A DNA stretch of 64,000 bases from a virus. A program made the translations under genes and the position numbers. The stretch is from the IMG/VR virus record IMGVR_UViG_3300026097_000013, positions 1 to 64,000 of that record; one strand, given 5' to 3'. Numbering within the stretch: position 1 is the first letter of the stretch; each line of letters starts with the position of its first letter. The notes beneath the pieces were generated by a model, which saw only the letters and a list, made by a program, of their open reading frames with translations, did no database searches and was not told the DNA's origin. This document shows, piece after piece, positions 33,499 through 42,945 of the stretch.

Positions 33499-36400
33499 TT
33501 AGCCAAGTGCTGCAATTTCGCCTGTGTTCTTAATTCTCAATGGAATGTAAATAAACTCGATTGCTTTAACTGGTTCGATAGCAATATCTAACCAAAGCTC
33601 ATTACGATCAATTCTTGCCGGTGTGTTGTTAGTTTCGTCACACACAACTAGGAAGTCATAAAGTGCTCTTAGCGTTACTAGTTCAAGTAGCAATGCATCT
33701 GCTGCTGCCTTGACTTGATCACGTGTGATCTTGTCGTTTGGCTCAAACAAATATGGTCTTGCTAGCTGCTCTAGTTGTACACGTAAGTAAACAACCAAAC
33801 GTGCTACATTTACTCTGTCTAGAGCACTTGCATTTCTTGCACGAGTTTTTTGTCCAAATACAACTAGTCCTGATCCGTTTAAGAACGTAATCGGGTTAAT
33901 ACTATTGCTGTATAATGTATCACGCTGTCCTGTGTTTAGAGCAACACTTTGGAATTCGCCTTCTGAAGTTACATAACCACTTGCTGTAGCATTAGTTACG
34001 CCGCCGCGTCTTGTACCTGCTGGTGCAAACCATGGATAAGCAACTTGGTCATTTAGAATGATTGTTCTAAGTGCCATGTGGCTCGGTGGTACAACAACAT
34101 TGTTACCTGCGTTATCGCTTGAGAATCCCCAACCCCAGTACATTGCTAGATATTCATCAAAGCTTACTGCACCGTCATCGTTGTCTTCAACTGCTAGTCT
34201 AACATTATTTGCCCATTCGTTAAGTGAAGTTGCATCTGGTGTTAGTCTTGCTGGAACATCTGCTACAACAAATGCTGTTAAACGTCTGTCATAGTTAAAT
34301 GATACCATTTCGCCAATTAGCTCAGGATAACCTGGGCATGCGATCAAGTTAAAGATACGTGATTCTTCGTCACGGATTTCTTGGTTGCTGTTGACTTCAG
34401 CTTGTAGAGCTGTAATAACAGTCTTACGCTGAGCTTTACGTCCAAATGTACCTGAACCGTCTTCTTCGTTTGGAGAAGCAGTAATCCAGCGGTGTGGGTA
34501 GTAATCTGCCATTGGTTCGTCTTCTAGTGAACCGCTGTTGCCGATTGCTTGGAAACGTCCGTTGTCGCCGTCTACATCAATGTAGTTACGAACAAACTTC
34601 TTAACGTTAAATCCGCTTCTGCGTGTGTTCCATAGCAACATACCTTTTGGATATAGTGCAGGATCTGGTGCATCTGGATCTAAGTAATCGCTTACTAATA
34701 GATCTGCAATTGGTGCTTCTACTGAATTTTCACCTGCATCACTCCAACGTGCATCTGCAAATAAGATACCGTTTTCTGTGGTTTGATCAGTTTTATCTAG
34801 TAGTACCCAGCTTTCTAGTAAGCCGTTATAACGATAAACATTACCATACTCTTCAACATCTGATGTATCAATCCAAAGATCGCCGTCAACTAATGGACTA
34901 TCGTCTGTTTGTGCAGTTGGTTCTGTAGCACTTACGATCGGACCTTCTGGGTTTGTATCTTGATACGCTGCACTAAAGTTTTGGTATCCTACCCAGTTAG
35001 AACCATCATGTATTAGCATGTCAACTTCGTCAACAATTGAGTTGTACCATAGTTCGCCGTCTGCTGTTAAGCTTAGTGGCTCATCGTCTGATGCTGTATA
35101 CGTTAGTGGTTTCCAGTTTGATGCAACAAAATCATGTGTTGCGTCACCTGTTGGTGCTGCATATAAGTTTGGAGTACCTGCGCCTGTAGTTTCGTTGAAC
35201 GCTGCAAATCCAAGTAAGTTTAGGGCGCCGTCGATGTCGTTGATACGGAAGTCGCCGCCTGTTTTATGCTGGATGATAAGTTTGTTTGCTGCATCAGTTA
35301 ATGCTACAACATTAGTAAATCCTGCTGCGTTAATTGCGCCTGCAATAGTTTTTGCATCTGAACTTGCTGCTGCTGCTGTAAATGATACAGTTTTAGGTTG
35401 TGCAAGTTCAGCTTCGCCTACTTTAGTTTCTCTAATATCAAATGTGTATGTAACACCATTTGTAAGTTGTGTTGAAACTTTGTCACTAGTAACACTTGTT
35501 GCTCCAGTTACAACTCTTCTATAAATTTTAAAGTTAGCAATTGGATACTCTTCTTCTTCAGCGTTTACTTTTACATAAACATCACCTGCTACTAAGTTGG
35601 CGCCGCCGCCTGAACGATCTAAGTCAAAGATAGCTGCTTCATTAGTAGTATGAAGTGGAGCACTTACACTATTCCATAGCTGTGTGTCGCTATTATATTG
35701 CTTAACACTAAATTCAGCACCACCGTTTGGAGTAGTTGTTTTAATCCAAATTGAACCTGTTGGTGCAGGATTAGTATCTGTGTCTTTAAATGCTGGAACT
35801 TGTGTGTGAGGTGCAATAGCTAGCCTTGGTGGACTATATGTCCCGTTAAGGATACCAGTACCGCCGTTGTCCGAACCTGCTAGTCCAGTTAACGATCCTG
35901 CTCCGCCGTCAATTTCAATATCAAACTCATTTGAGTAAATTTCAATAATTCCGTCTACAACTGCTGCTGCAACACCTGATACACTACCGTTGATTCCGTT
36001 GGCTAAATCTGTTACCGTTGTACCAGCAAGAACAATAGTTGCTGTTTCTTCTAGTACACCGCCATTGTAAGTAGTAATAACCATTTCGTCGCCATTGTTT
36101 AGCGTAGGATTAACAACCGTGCCGCGTACTGCTGGCCAGCTTGCTTTCCACTCAGGTGATCCAACTTCAACCCAACTTCCGGCATCGCCTGCTAGTGTGT
36201 TTGTGCCTGCTGTTTTGTACCATAAACGGTTCATTGTAGTTGTTGCGTCTACAGCATAATCGCCAATTTGACCAATTGATGTTACTGGTGCATCTGTAAC
36301 ATCGTCAATGTCTGAAGCTTCAGTAATTGCATAACGGAATTGAGTTGTAAAACTTTGTCCGCCGCGTGTAGTAATTGGTGCAGCATTCCACTCAAGAACA

Positions 36401-36834
36401 CCAAAGTTTGTTGTTTGTGTGTCTAGCCACCATGCACCGTCTGCTGGCTCGCCGCCTGGTGCTGTTGCACTTGCTGTTAGTTTTCCTAAGTCTAGATCAG
36501 CACGTACAATGTACGCTCTGTTACTTACACCTAGTACTGAATATGCTGTTTGTAGTCCATATTCGTTAAGCTCTCCTGCGTGTATCATATTTCCGTTTGC
36601 ATCGGAATAGAAAGTAGGATCGCCGAATAAGTCACCAAGCTCTCTTTGGCTGGTGATTAAATAAGGTCGACCAGCGTTTGCTTTTAGTGTACCTTGTGCA
36701 ACTCCGCTACCACTTGCTGATGTTTTATTTTCAGCCGTAGCAACAAAGATCATCGGTACAGTACCAGCTGCCGCCGGCGTGTAGAAAGATTCGTCAATTA
36801 CGTTTACTTCTACGCCTGGTGATACTAATGCCAT
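33499..36834 (-). CDS. Contractile tail sheath protein (gp18-like) with large insertions
   Basis: MALVSPGVEV, NEYGL, PWFAPAG.RRG, GQKT, DRVNVARL, FEPND, PVKAIEFIY. Confidence 0.93.
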   Translation of the reverse strand: MALVSPGVEVNVIDESFYTPAAAGTVPMIFVATAENKTSASGSGVAQGTLKANAGRPYLITSQRELGDLFGDPTFYSDANGNMIHAGELNEYGLQTAYSVLGVSNRAYIVRADLDLGKLTASATAPGGEPADGAWWLDTQTTNFGVLEWNAAPITTRGGQSFTTQFRYAITEASDIDDVTDAPVTSIGQIGDYAVDATTTMNRLWYKTAGTNTLAGDAGSWVEVGSPEWKASWPAVRGTVVNPTLNNGDEMVITTYNGGVLEETATIVLAGTTVTDLANGINGSVSGVAAAVVDGIIEIYSNEFDIEIDGGAGSLTGLAGSDNGGTGILNGTYSPPRLAIAPHTQVPAFKDTDTNPAPTGSIWIKTTTPNGGAEFSVKQYNSDTQLWNSVSAPLHTTNEAAIFDLDRSGGGANLVAGDVYVKVNAEEEEYPIANFKIYRRVVTGATSVTSDKVSTQLTNGVTYTFDIRETKVGEAELAQPKTVSFTAAAASSDAKTIAGAINAAGFTNVVALTDAANKLIIQHKTGGDFRINDIDGALNLLGFAAFNETTGAGTPNLYAAPTGDATHDFVASNWKPLTYTASDDEPLSLTADGELWYNSIVDEVDMLIHDGSNWVGYQNFSAAYQDTNPEGPIVSATEPTAQTDDSPLVDGDLWIDTSDVEEYGNVYRYNGLLESWVLLDKTDQTTENGILFADARWSDAGENSVEAPIADLLVSDYLDPDAPDPALYPKGMLLWNTRRSGFNVKKFVRNYIDVDGDNGRFQAIGNSGSLEDEPMADYYPHRWITASPNEEDGSGTFGRKAQRKTVITALQAEVNSNQEIRDEESRIFNLIACPGYPELIGEMVSFNYDRRLTAFVVADVPARLTPDATSLNEWANNVRLAVEDNDDGAVSFDEYLAMYWGWGFSSDNAGNNVVVPPSHMALRTIILNDQVAYPWFAPAGTRRGGVTNATASGYVTSEGEFQSVALNTGQRDTLYSNSINPITFLNGSGLVVFGQKTRARNASALDRVNVARLVVYLRVQLEQLARPYLFEPNDKITRDQVKAAADALLLELVTLRALYDFLVVCDETNNTPARIDRNELWLDIAIEPVKAIEFIYIPLRIKNTGEIAALG

Positions 36835-36943
36835 GTCATTTCTCCTGTTGGGTTATACATTCTAATTGTATTTATTATATCTAGCATAAAAAGAGGCTGA
36901 TAACACCACAAAAAAGGTACCGAAAAGGTGAGCTAAATACAAT

Positions 36944-37279
36944 ATGAGACCGTTATGCCAGTGCGGACAACGTCCAGCAGCAATAAACTACAAAAAAGGT
37001 AATAAAACTTATTATCGTAAGCTATGTGAAAGATGCTTGCGAAACGGAGAAGGACATGGCATACCTCTGTGGAAACAGGCAGGTTACGAAAAGAAAAACT
37101 ATTGCGAAAAGTGCAATTTTAAATCACCACATCCGGAACAATTTAATGTATTCCATATTGACGGAGATTTAAAGAATTGTCGTCCAACAAATCTAAAAAC
37201 TATTTGTGCTAATTGTCAAAGGATTATACAAAAAGAAGGAGTGCGTTGGAGACAAGGAGATCTTACTCCTGATTTTTAG
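36944..37279 (+). CDS. Zinc-binding HNH-family endonuclease-like protein
   Basis: CxC, CxxC, CxxC, HIDGDLKN...NLKTICANC. Confidence 0.75.
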   Translation: MRPLCQCGQRPAAINYKKGNKTYYRKLCERCLRNGEGHGIPLWKQAGYEKKNYCEKCNFKSPHPEQFNVFHIDGDLKNCRPTNLKTICANCQRIIQKEGVRWRQGDLTPDF

Positions 37280-37788
37280 TAGGTGCTGTAAGGGTCGATA
37301 TAATTAATAAGCTGTCCTACATTAAACTCTAAGTCCTCTAAAGAACCATTATTATCAATAGTATAATCTGCCATCCATTGCTCGAGACTCATTGAGTTTT
37401 TACTTTCAGGAGGAAGATGATCTAATCTATCAACCCAAATAGCTTTGTCAAATACACCTGTATTTTTCATAGCAAAGAATTCACGTTTGTTACGCAAGCC
37501 GCAGTATATATCGTGTGCTTGAAATATTTCTCTACCTAGCGTAGCAGCATCGGGTACGTTATAGTCACAAATAGCTTCATACCATTCCTGCCTGTGATTA
37601 TGCCTGTCAGCATAGCACTCTTCTTCACTAGTGTAGCCGTACTTGTCTTTTAGATCATTATAGATAAACAACTTGCTACAGAACTTGCTGCTGCTTTCAA
37701 AACTATATCCGTACTTGTCTCGAAGAATTTCGCATACCGTATCTTTGCCGTGGCGGCCGTGACCTATGACTAACAATTTTAATTTCAT
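37276..37788 (-). CDS. Deoxynucleoside monophosphate kinase-like P-loop protein
   Basis: GHGRHGKDT P-loop, GLRN..E, IDNNGSLEDL. Confidence 0.7.
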   Translation of the reverse strand: MKLKLLVIGHGRHGKDTVCEILRDKYGYSFESSSKFCSKLFIYNDLKDKYGYTSEEECYADRHNHRQEWYEAICDYNVPDAATLGREIFQAHDIYCGLRNKREFFAMKNTGVFDKAIWVDRLDHLPPESKNSMSLEQWMADYTIDNNGSLEDLEFNVGQLINYIDPYSTY

Positions 37789-37823
37789 AGTCGCAGTGTA
37801 ACAGATTTAAATTACTTTGTCAA
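37789..37823 (-). promoter_or_regulatory. Sigma70-type promoter, leaderless geometry (kinase)
   Basis: TTGACA-17 bp-TACACT-6 nt-ATG. Confidence 0.82.
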
Positions 37824-38578
37824 CCAATTAAAAAGCCATAGCCTGTTCCGCCTGGTACAGCCATTGCTACTTCATTTTCTAGTTTTTCCATTTCAGCTTG
37901 TGCTTCAGCTTTTAGAGTGTCGCCGTTAAGAGTTGATCCACCTTGTGGACCTGCAATAGTAGCAAACTTTGAACGTGCTTCGCCTAACATATATTTACAT
38001 GCTGCTAGTGTGTAGTCTTTGATCCATTGTTTTGCTAGATAGTCTTCCATTAGTTGGCTGTCTGGACGAAAGTTATAACACATTAACAATAGTTCTTCTT
38101 CTGCTCTAGGACGCTGTAATAGATTAAGTCTTTTAGTACTGCTGTTCCAGGTAAACTCAATAAAGCTACCGAACATTCTACCTACTAATTCTTGATGTTG
38201 TGCAAACAAATCATATGTTGCTAGTCCGCCCATTTTTGAACTAGATAGCAAATAAGTATTTGTATATGCTAAGTTAAATGGTTCAAACAAACTGCCGCCA
38301 TCGCCACCGCCGGTTCTTGAACCAATTGATCTACGAAATATCTTACGTACTTCCATTACTTCATTTGGCAATGTATATCCGTTTTGATCAATAACCGTTG
38401 GCATAAACACATAACTTTCTTCAACTGAGTTATCTGAACGTTGTCTAAAACGTGTTAGTGCCTTTGTAAGAGCAGTTTCGTAATGTACAGGGTCAAGTTC
38501 AACGTCAACCATGCCTCCACCTAAAAATGCATTTACATAGTCAAATATTTCTTGTTTCTGTGTTGCTAAATCTGCCAT
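37820..38578 (-). CDS. Neck protein (gp13-like)
   Basis: LGGGMVDVEL, YTLAACKYMLGEARSKF, LNGDTLKAEA. Confidence 0.8.
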   Translation of the reverse strand: MADLATQKQEIFDYVNAFLGGGMVDVELDPVHYETALTKALTRFRQRSDNSVEESYVFMPTVIDQNGYTLPNEVMEVRKIFRRSIGSRTGGGDGGSLFEPFNLAYTNTYLLSSSKMGGLATYDLFAQHQELVGRMFGSFIEFTWNSSTKRLNLLQRPRAEEELLLMCYNFRPDSQLMEDYLAKQWIKDYTLAACKYMLGEARSKFATIAGPQGGSTLNGDTLKAEAQAEMEKLENEVAMAVPGGTGYGFLIG

Positions 38579-38594
38579 ATTGGTTCTCCAATAG

Positions 38595-38633
38595 TATTTA
38601 TCGTTACGCTAAATATGTATATCGAATAGGAGA
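38595..38633. promoter_or_regulatory. Divergent late promoters for the neck genes plus AGGAG SD
   Basis: Minus TAAATA 38600-38595; plus TAAATA 38610-38615; AGGAG 38628-38632. Confidence 0.7.
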
Positions 38634-38639
38634 ACAGCT

Positions 38640-39800
38640 ATCCCTCGTCTTAGCTTATATAAACCAGAGCGCGGTAACGATTATCATTTTTTAGATCGAC
38701 AGATCCAAGAAATGTTTATTGTCGGCGGAACTGATATTAACATACACAAGTATCTAGGAACAGAAGCGCCCGGCGACGATGATCGAAGTGCTACACAACC
38801 TGAATACGATGCTGTAGCAGAAACAAATATTCAAGATTTATTATTCTTAGAAAACAGAGATCGCAAGTACGACCCTGACGTTTACAATACTAGAGCAATT
38901 TACAATGTACAAGACATAGACTTTGACCTAAGTCAGTTTGGTTTATTTCTAAGTAATGATACGTTATTTCTTACCGTACATATAAACAGCATTGTAAAAA
39001 CTATTGGTAGAAAACCTATCTCAGGCGATGTAATTGAATTGCCGCATTTAAAAGACGAATATGCTCTTAATGATCTTAGCATAGCACTAAAGAGGTTTTA
39101 TGTTATTGAAGATGTTAATCGTGCAGCAGAAGGCTTTTCGCAGACTTGGTATCCGCACTTATACAGACTTAAACTAAAGCAAATATACGATGGTCAAGAG
39201 TATGCAGAAATACTAGACTTGCCTGCAGAAGAGGGCAGTGATAATACGTTACGTGATCTACTATCAACTTACGAAAAAGAAATGCAGATTTCGGATGCAG
39301 TAGTTGCACAAGCAGAAGCCGATGCGCCTGAATCAGGATTTAATACTAGCCATTTCTATACCGTAAATACTAGAGACGATGGAAGTGTAGAACTTGCTAC
39401 GGTAGACGACGAAAATTTAGATGCAAGCGGTCTAAATACTGCTGATCAAACATACGGAAAACCCGACAGAGAAGGCTATACAGGCTATCTTGTAAATTAC
39501 GGAGATGCAACTACGCCAAACGGACATCCATTTGGGTTTGGTATACAATTTCCTAGAGATAATCAAAAGGGAGACTACTTTTTGCGCACAGACTTTTTAC
39601 CAAATAGAATGTTTCAGTATGACGGAACTAGATGGGTAAAAGTAGAAGATGATCTACGCATGTCACTAAGTAACACTCTAGAAAGACGAACATACAAAAC
39701 TACATTTATTAATAATACAAATACCAACGAAATCAATGGAGAAGTAGTTGAAGAAAGACAAAGTCTATCTAAAGCACTAAGACCTAAGGCAGATAATTAA
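38640..39800 (+). CDS. Neck protein (gp14-like); inferred ATC start at 38640 (ORF track starts at 38712)
   Basis: In-frame IPRLSLYKPERGNDYHFLD upstream of the first ATG with an SD 7 nt before ATC; DLSQFGLFL, GDVIELPHL, HLYRLK. Confidence 0.72.
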   Translation: MPRLSLYKPERGNDYHFLDRQIQEMFIVGGTDINIHKYLGTEAPGDDDRSATQPEYDAVAETNIQDLLFLENRDRKYDPDVYNTRAIYNVQDIDFDLSQFGLFLSNDTLFLTVHINSIVKTIGRKPISGDVIELPHLKDEYALNDLSIALKRFYVIEDVNRAAEGFSQTWYPHLYRLKLKQIYDGQEYAEILDLPAEEGSDNTLRDLLSTYEKEMQISDAVVAQAEADAPESGFNTSHFYTVNTRDDGSVELATVDDENLDASGLNTADQTYGKPDREGYTGYLVNYGDATTPNGHPFGFGIQFPRDNQKGDYFLRTDFLPNRMFQYDGTRWVKVEDDLRMSLSNTLERRTYKTTFINNTNTNEINGEVVEERQSLSKALRPKADN

Positions 39801-41212
39801 TGTTACATTTTTACGACGGACAAATAAGACGTTATACAACACAAATAATGCGCATACTATCTAACTTTCCTGTCAAAGACGGTAAGGGAAATACTAAAGA
39901 TGTGCCTGTATTATATGGCGATCTAACACGTCAAGTTGCTAATATTATTAGAGAAAATAGTGAAAACAAACTACCTAGTGCTCCTAGAATAAGTGTTTAT
40001 ATTACAGCACTTGAACTAGATAAAGACAGATTAACAGATGCTACATTTGTAGATAAAGTTAATATTAGAGAACGCGAATACGATGCTGAAGATCTTAAGT
40101 ACCTTAATACTCAAGGTAAGAATTATACGGTTGAACGTCTTATTCCAACACCGTATATTATGCGTGTTAATGCAGATATATGGGCAAGTAACACAGATCA
40201 AAAACTTCAATTGCTAGAGCAAATATTAGTATTATTCAACCCTAGTTTAGAAATGCAAACTACAGACAACTACATCGATTGGACTAGTGTTACTACTGTA
40301 AACTTAGAAAATGTACAATGGTCAAATAGAAGTATTCCTGTTGGAGTAGATACCGAAATTGATATTGCGACCCTTACGTTTAGTGTGCCTATATATATTT
40401 CGCCTCCGACTAAAGTTAAAAAGATGGGCGTTATTACAAATGTTATTACCAGTATGTTTGACGAAACTAGAGGAACAATCGAAAGTGGTGTTAGTAACCC
40501 TCAAGTTAATCAATGGGACGATTACCCCGAAACTGGTTCTGAAACAAATGAATTTGGTAAAAAGCCAAACACCGTACTTGGGCCTGAAATGGCAAATGTA
40601 AACTACAAAACATACGGAGTATATGTAGAAAGTAATACAGCACGTATTATTTCAAATGGCACCATTGGTGCTAAAAACTGGAGAGAAGTGTTCGAAGCTT
40701 TACCTGGAACATATAGAGCCGATTTGTCAAGAATTTATTTTAATAATTTAGATAACGATTCTGTAACCACTGGTACAATTACACTTAATCCGTTTGATGA
40801 AGGAATAATTAATATCAATTGGGACGAAGATAGTTTCCCACAAGATAGTATTGTTGCAGGACGCACAAGTATAGATTACATAATTGATCCTACTCGTTGG
40901 AACCCACTACAATACCTAACGCAAGGACTTCGTCTATTAATACTGGAAGATCTCGGCAATTCTGATGCAACTGAATATCCATATGCTTGGACAAATGCAG
41001 ACAATAGTCAGTTTGTTGCAAGTGCAAACGATATTATCGAATGGGATGGTGCTAAATGGAATATTGTATTTGATGCTAGTGAAACTACAGAAATTACTTA
41101 TACAACTAACTTAAACACAGGCATACAATATCGTTATAAAAACGGAGAATGGCTGTTAAGTGTAGAAGGCGATTACCCAATAGGTTCATGGAGAATCGAC
41201 CTCTACGGCTAA
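39800..41212 (+). CDS. Tail terminator / sheath stabiliser (gp15-like) with C-terminal extension
   Basis: FYDGQIRRY, VPVLYG, PRISV, LLEQILVLFNP. Confidence 0.7.
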   Translation: MLHFYDGQIRRYTTQIMRILSNFPVKDGKGNTKDVPVLYGDLTRQVANIIRENSENKLPSAPRISVYITALELDKDRLTDATFVDKVNIREREYDAEDLKYLNTQGKNYTVERLIPTPYIMRVNADIWASNTDQKLQLLEQILVLFNPSLEMQTTDNYIDWTSVTTVNLENVQWSNRSIPVGVDTEIDIATLTFSVPIYISPPTKVKKMGVITNVITSMFDETRGTIESGVSNPQVNQWDDYPETGSETNEFGKKPNTVLGPEMANVNYKTYGVYVESNTARIISNGTIGAKNWREVFEALPGTYRADLSRIYFNNLDNDSVTTGTITLNPFDEGIININWDEDSFPQDSIVAGRTSIDYIIDPTRWNPLQYLTQGLRLLILEDLGNSDATEYPYAWTNADNSQFVASANDIIEWDGAKWNIVFDASETTEITYTTNLNTGIQYRYKNGEWLLSVEGDYPIGSWRIDLYG

Positions 41213-41220
41213 TTATTTGT

Positions 41221-41661
41221 ATGACTCAGATAATTTGCAGTGGTGCATTATTCTATACCCTTAATACAAATAGATTTTTATTCCTACATAGAGCTCAAGG
41301 AAAACGAGCAAATATGTGGGGATTAGTTGGCGGTACAAACGAAGGTGCTGAAACTCCATTTGAAGGACTTACTAGAGAAATTTCCGAAGAAATAGGATTT
41401 GTTCCTGAAATCAAAAAGACTCTTCCCTTAGAAAGTTTTATATCTCCAGATGATAGATTTCACTTTCATACATACCTGTGTATAGTTGAAGAAGAATTTA
41501 TTCCCACTTTAAATAACGAACACGACGGTTATGCATGGTGTAGTTTTACTAAATGGCCAAAGCCGTTGCATCACGGATTACGTAATACTCTTCAAAGTAA
41601 AATTAATATTAAAAAACTAGAAACCGTTTTTAAAACTATTAATTTACTTGACTCGAATTAA
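41221..41661 (+). CDS. NUDIX hydrolase
   Basis: Nudix box G-TNEGA-E-TPFEGLT-REISEEIG; start moved to MTQII. Confidence 0.88.
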   Translation: MTQIICSGALFYTLNTNRFLFLHRAQGKRANMWGLVGGTNEGAETPFEGLTREISEEIGFVPEIKKTLPLESFISPDDRFHFHTYLCIVEEEFIPTLNNEHDGYAWCSFTKWPKPLHHGLRNTLQSKINIKKLETVFKTINLLDSN

Positions 41662-41682
41662 TAAAGGTATTATAATAGTACT
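41648..41682 (+). promoter_or_regulatory. Sigma70-type promoter, leaderless geometry (hldE operon)
   Basis: TTGACT-17 bp-TATAAT-6 nt-ATG. Confidence 0.85.
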
Positions 41683-42945
41683 ATGATTAAAGTCTACGGA
41701 GACATAATGTTAGATCGTTGGATACAAGGATCTATTCAAAGGATTAGCCCCGAAGCACCAGTTCCTGTATTGCACGAAGAAGAAGTAGGGCATAACGCAG
41801 GCGGTGCAGCTAATCTTGCACTTAACATTAAAAATTTAGGCAGCAGTGTAGAATTATATGGTGCTTGTTCAGATGACCAAGAAGGTAAAACACTTGTAAG
41901 TTTGCTAGACGTTGATAAAGTACATCTAGACATGAGCCATTCTGTTACAACTACTAAGACTAGACTAGTAGATAATAGCGGACAACACGTATGTCGCTGG
42001 GATCGAGAAGCATATTACGACAAAACTGATTTGTTAGAGCAGTGTGCAGACGATTTACAAAAAGATGATATACTTTGCATAAGTGATTACGCAAAGGGCG
42101 TTGTGCGCAGTTCTACAGTTGCAAGATTAAGAAAATATTGCGATACTATTCTAGTTGATCCAAAACAGGAACCTAACTTTTACAAAGGGGCATTTGTATT
42201 CAAACCTAATATAAAATATTGGGCTGACTATTTTGGCAAATTAAACCTAGAAGATATTTCTAGAATAATGAAAGAATATAAATGGGAATGGGTTGTATTA
42301 ACATGTGGCGCTGCTGGCATGTATGTAGTTAACAAAGACGGTAAGTATCGTCATTATCAGGAACCAGTAAGAGAAGTTGCAGATGTAACTGGAGCAGGAG
42401 ATACCGTTCTAGCAGTTATTGCACATTGCTTGTTCCAAGGTATGGATGTATATCGAGCATCAGAGTTTGCATGTTATGCAGGTGCTAGAATGGTTGAACG
42501 CAGAGGCGTTGGTTTAGTAAGCGTAGACGATCTAGTTAAAGGTGTTGTATTTACAAACGGCGTGTTTGATATATTACATACAGGTCATTTTAAACTACTA
42601 CAAGCAGCACGAGCTAAGGGATCTAAATTAGTAGTAGGAATTAACACTGATGCTAGTGTTAAACGTCTAAAGGGCGATGAAAGACCTATTAACACTCTAA
42701 AAAAACGCATTAGTCAACTTGAAATATTACCTTGGGTAGATGAAGTTATTCCGTTCGAAGAAGATACTCCGTTAGAACTTATCAAAGGCATTAGTCCAGA
42801 CTTAATTGTCAAAGGCGGCGATTATAATGTCGAAGAAGTTGTAGGACACGATTATGCCCCAGTATATATCGTTCCCACTGAAGAAGGCTATTCAACGTCA
42901 GAAATTATAGAGAAAACAAATGAAAATACTAGTAACAGGACATAA
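41683..42945 (+). CDS. hldE: Bifunctional heptose-7-P kinase / heptose-1-P adenylyltransferase
   Basis: GDIMLD..RISPEAPVPV..GGAAN, DVTGAGDT; C-domain FTNGVFDILHTGH, KRLKGDERP. Confidence 0.93.
   Translation: MIKVYGDIMLDRWIQGSIQRISPEAPVPVLHEEEVGHNAGGAANLALNIKNLGSSVELYGACSDDQEGKTLVSLLDVDKVHLDMSHSVTTTKTRLVDNSGQHVCRWDREAYYDKTDLLEQCADDLQKDDILCISDYAKGVVRSSTVARLRKYCDTILVDPKQEPNFYKGAFVFKPNIKYWADYFGKLNLEDISRIMKEYKWEWVVLTCGAAGMYVVNKDGKYRHYQEPVREVADVTGAGDTVLAVIAHCLFQGMDVYRASEFACYAGARMVERRGVGLVSVDDLVKGVVFTNGVFDILHTGHFKLLQAARAKGSKLVVGINTDASVKRLKGDERPINTLKKRISQLEILPWVDEVIPFEEDTPLELIKGISPDLIVKGGDYNVEEVVGHDYAPVYIVPTEEGYSTSEIIEKTNENTSNRT

Noticed and set aside
21513-41220. Extended N-termini in the ORF track (21513, 28695, 18788, 17288, 16362, 41149, 9037)
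   Set aside because: They overlap upstream genes or promoters. Downstream starts fit the SD, coupling or leaderless geometry better.
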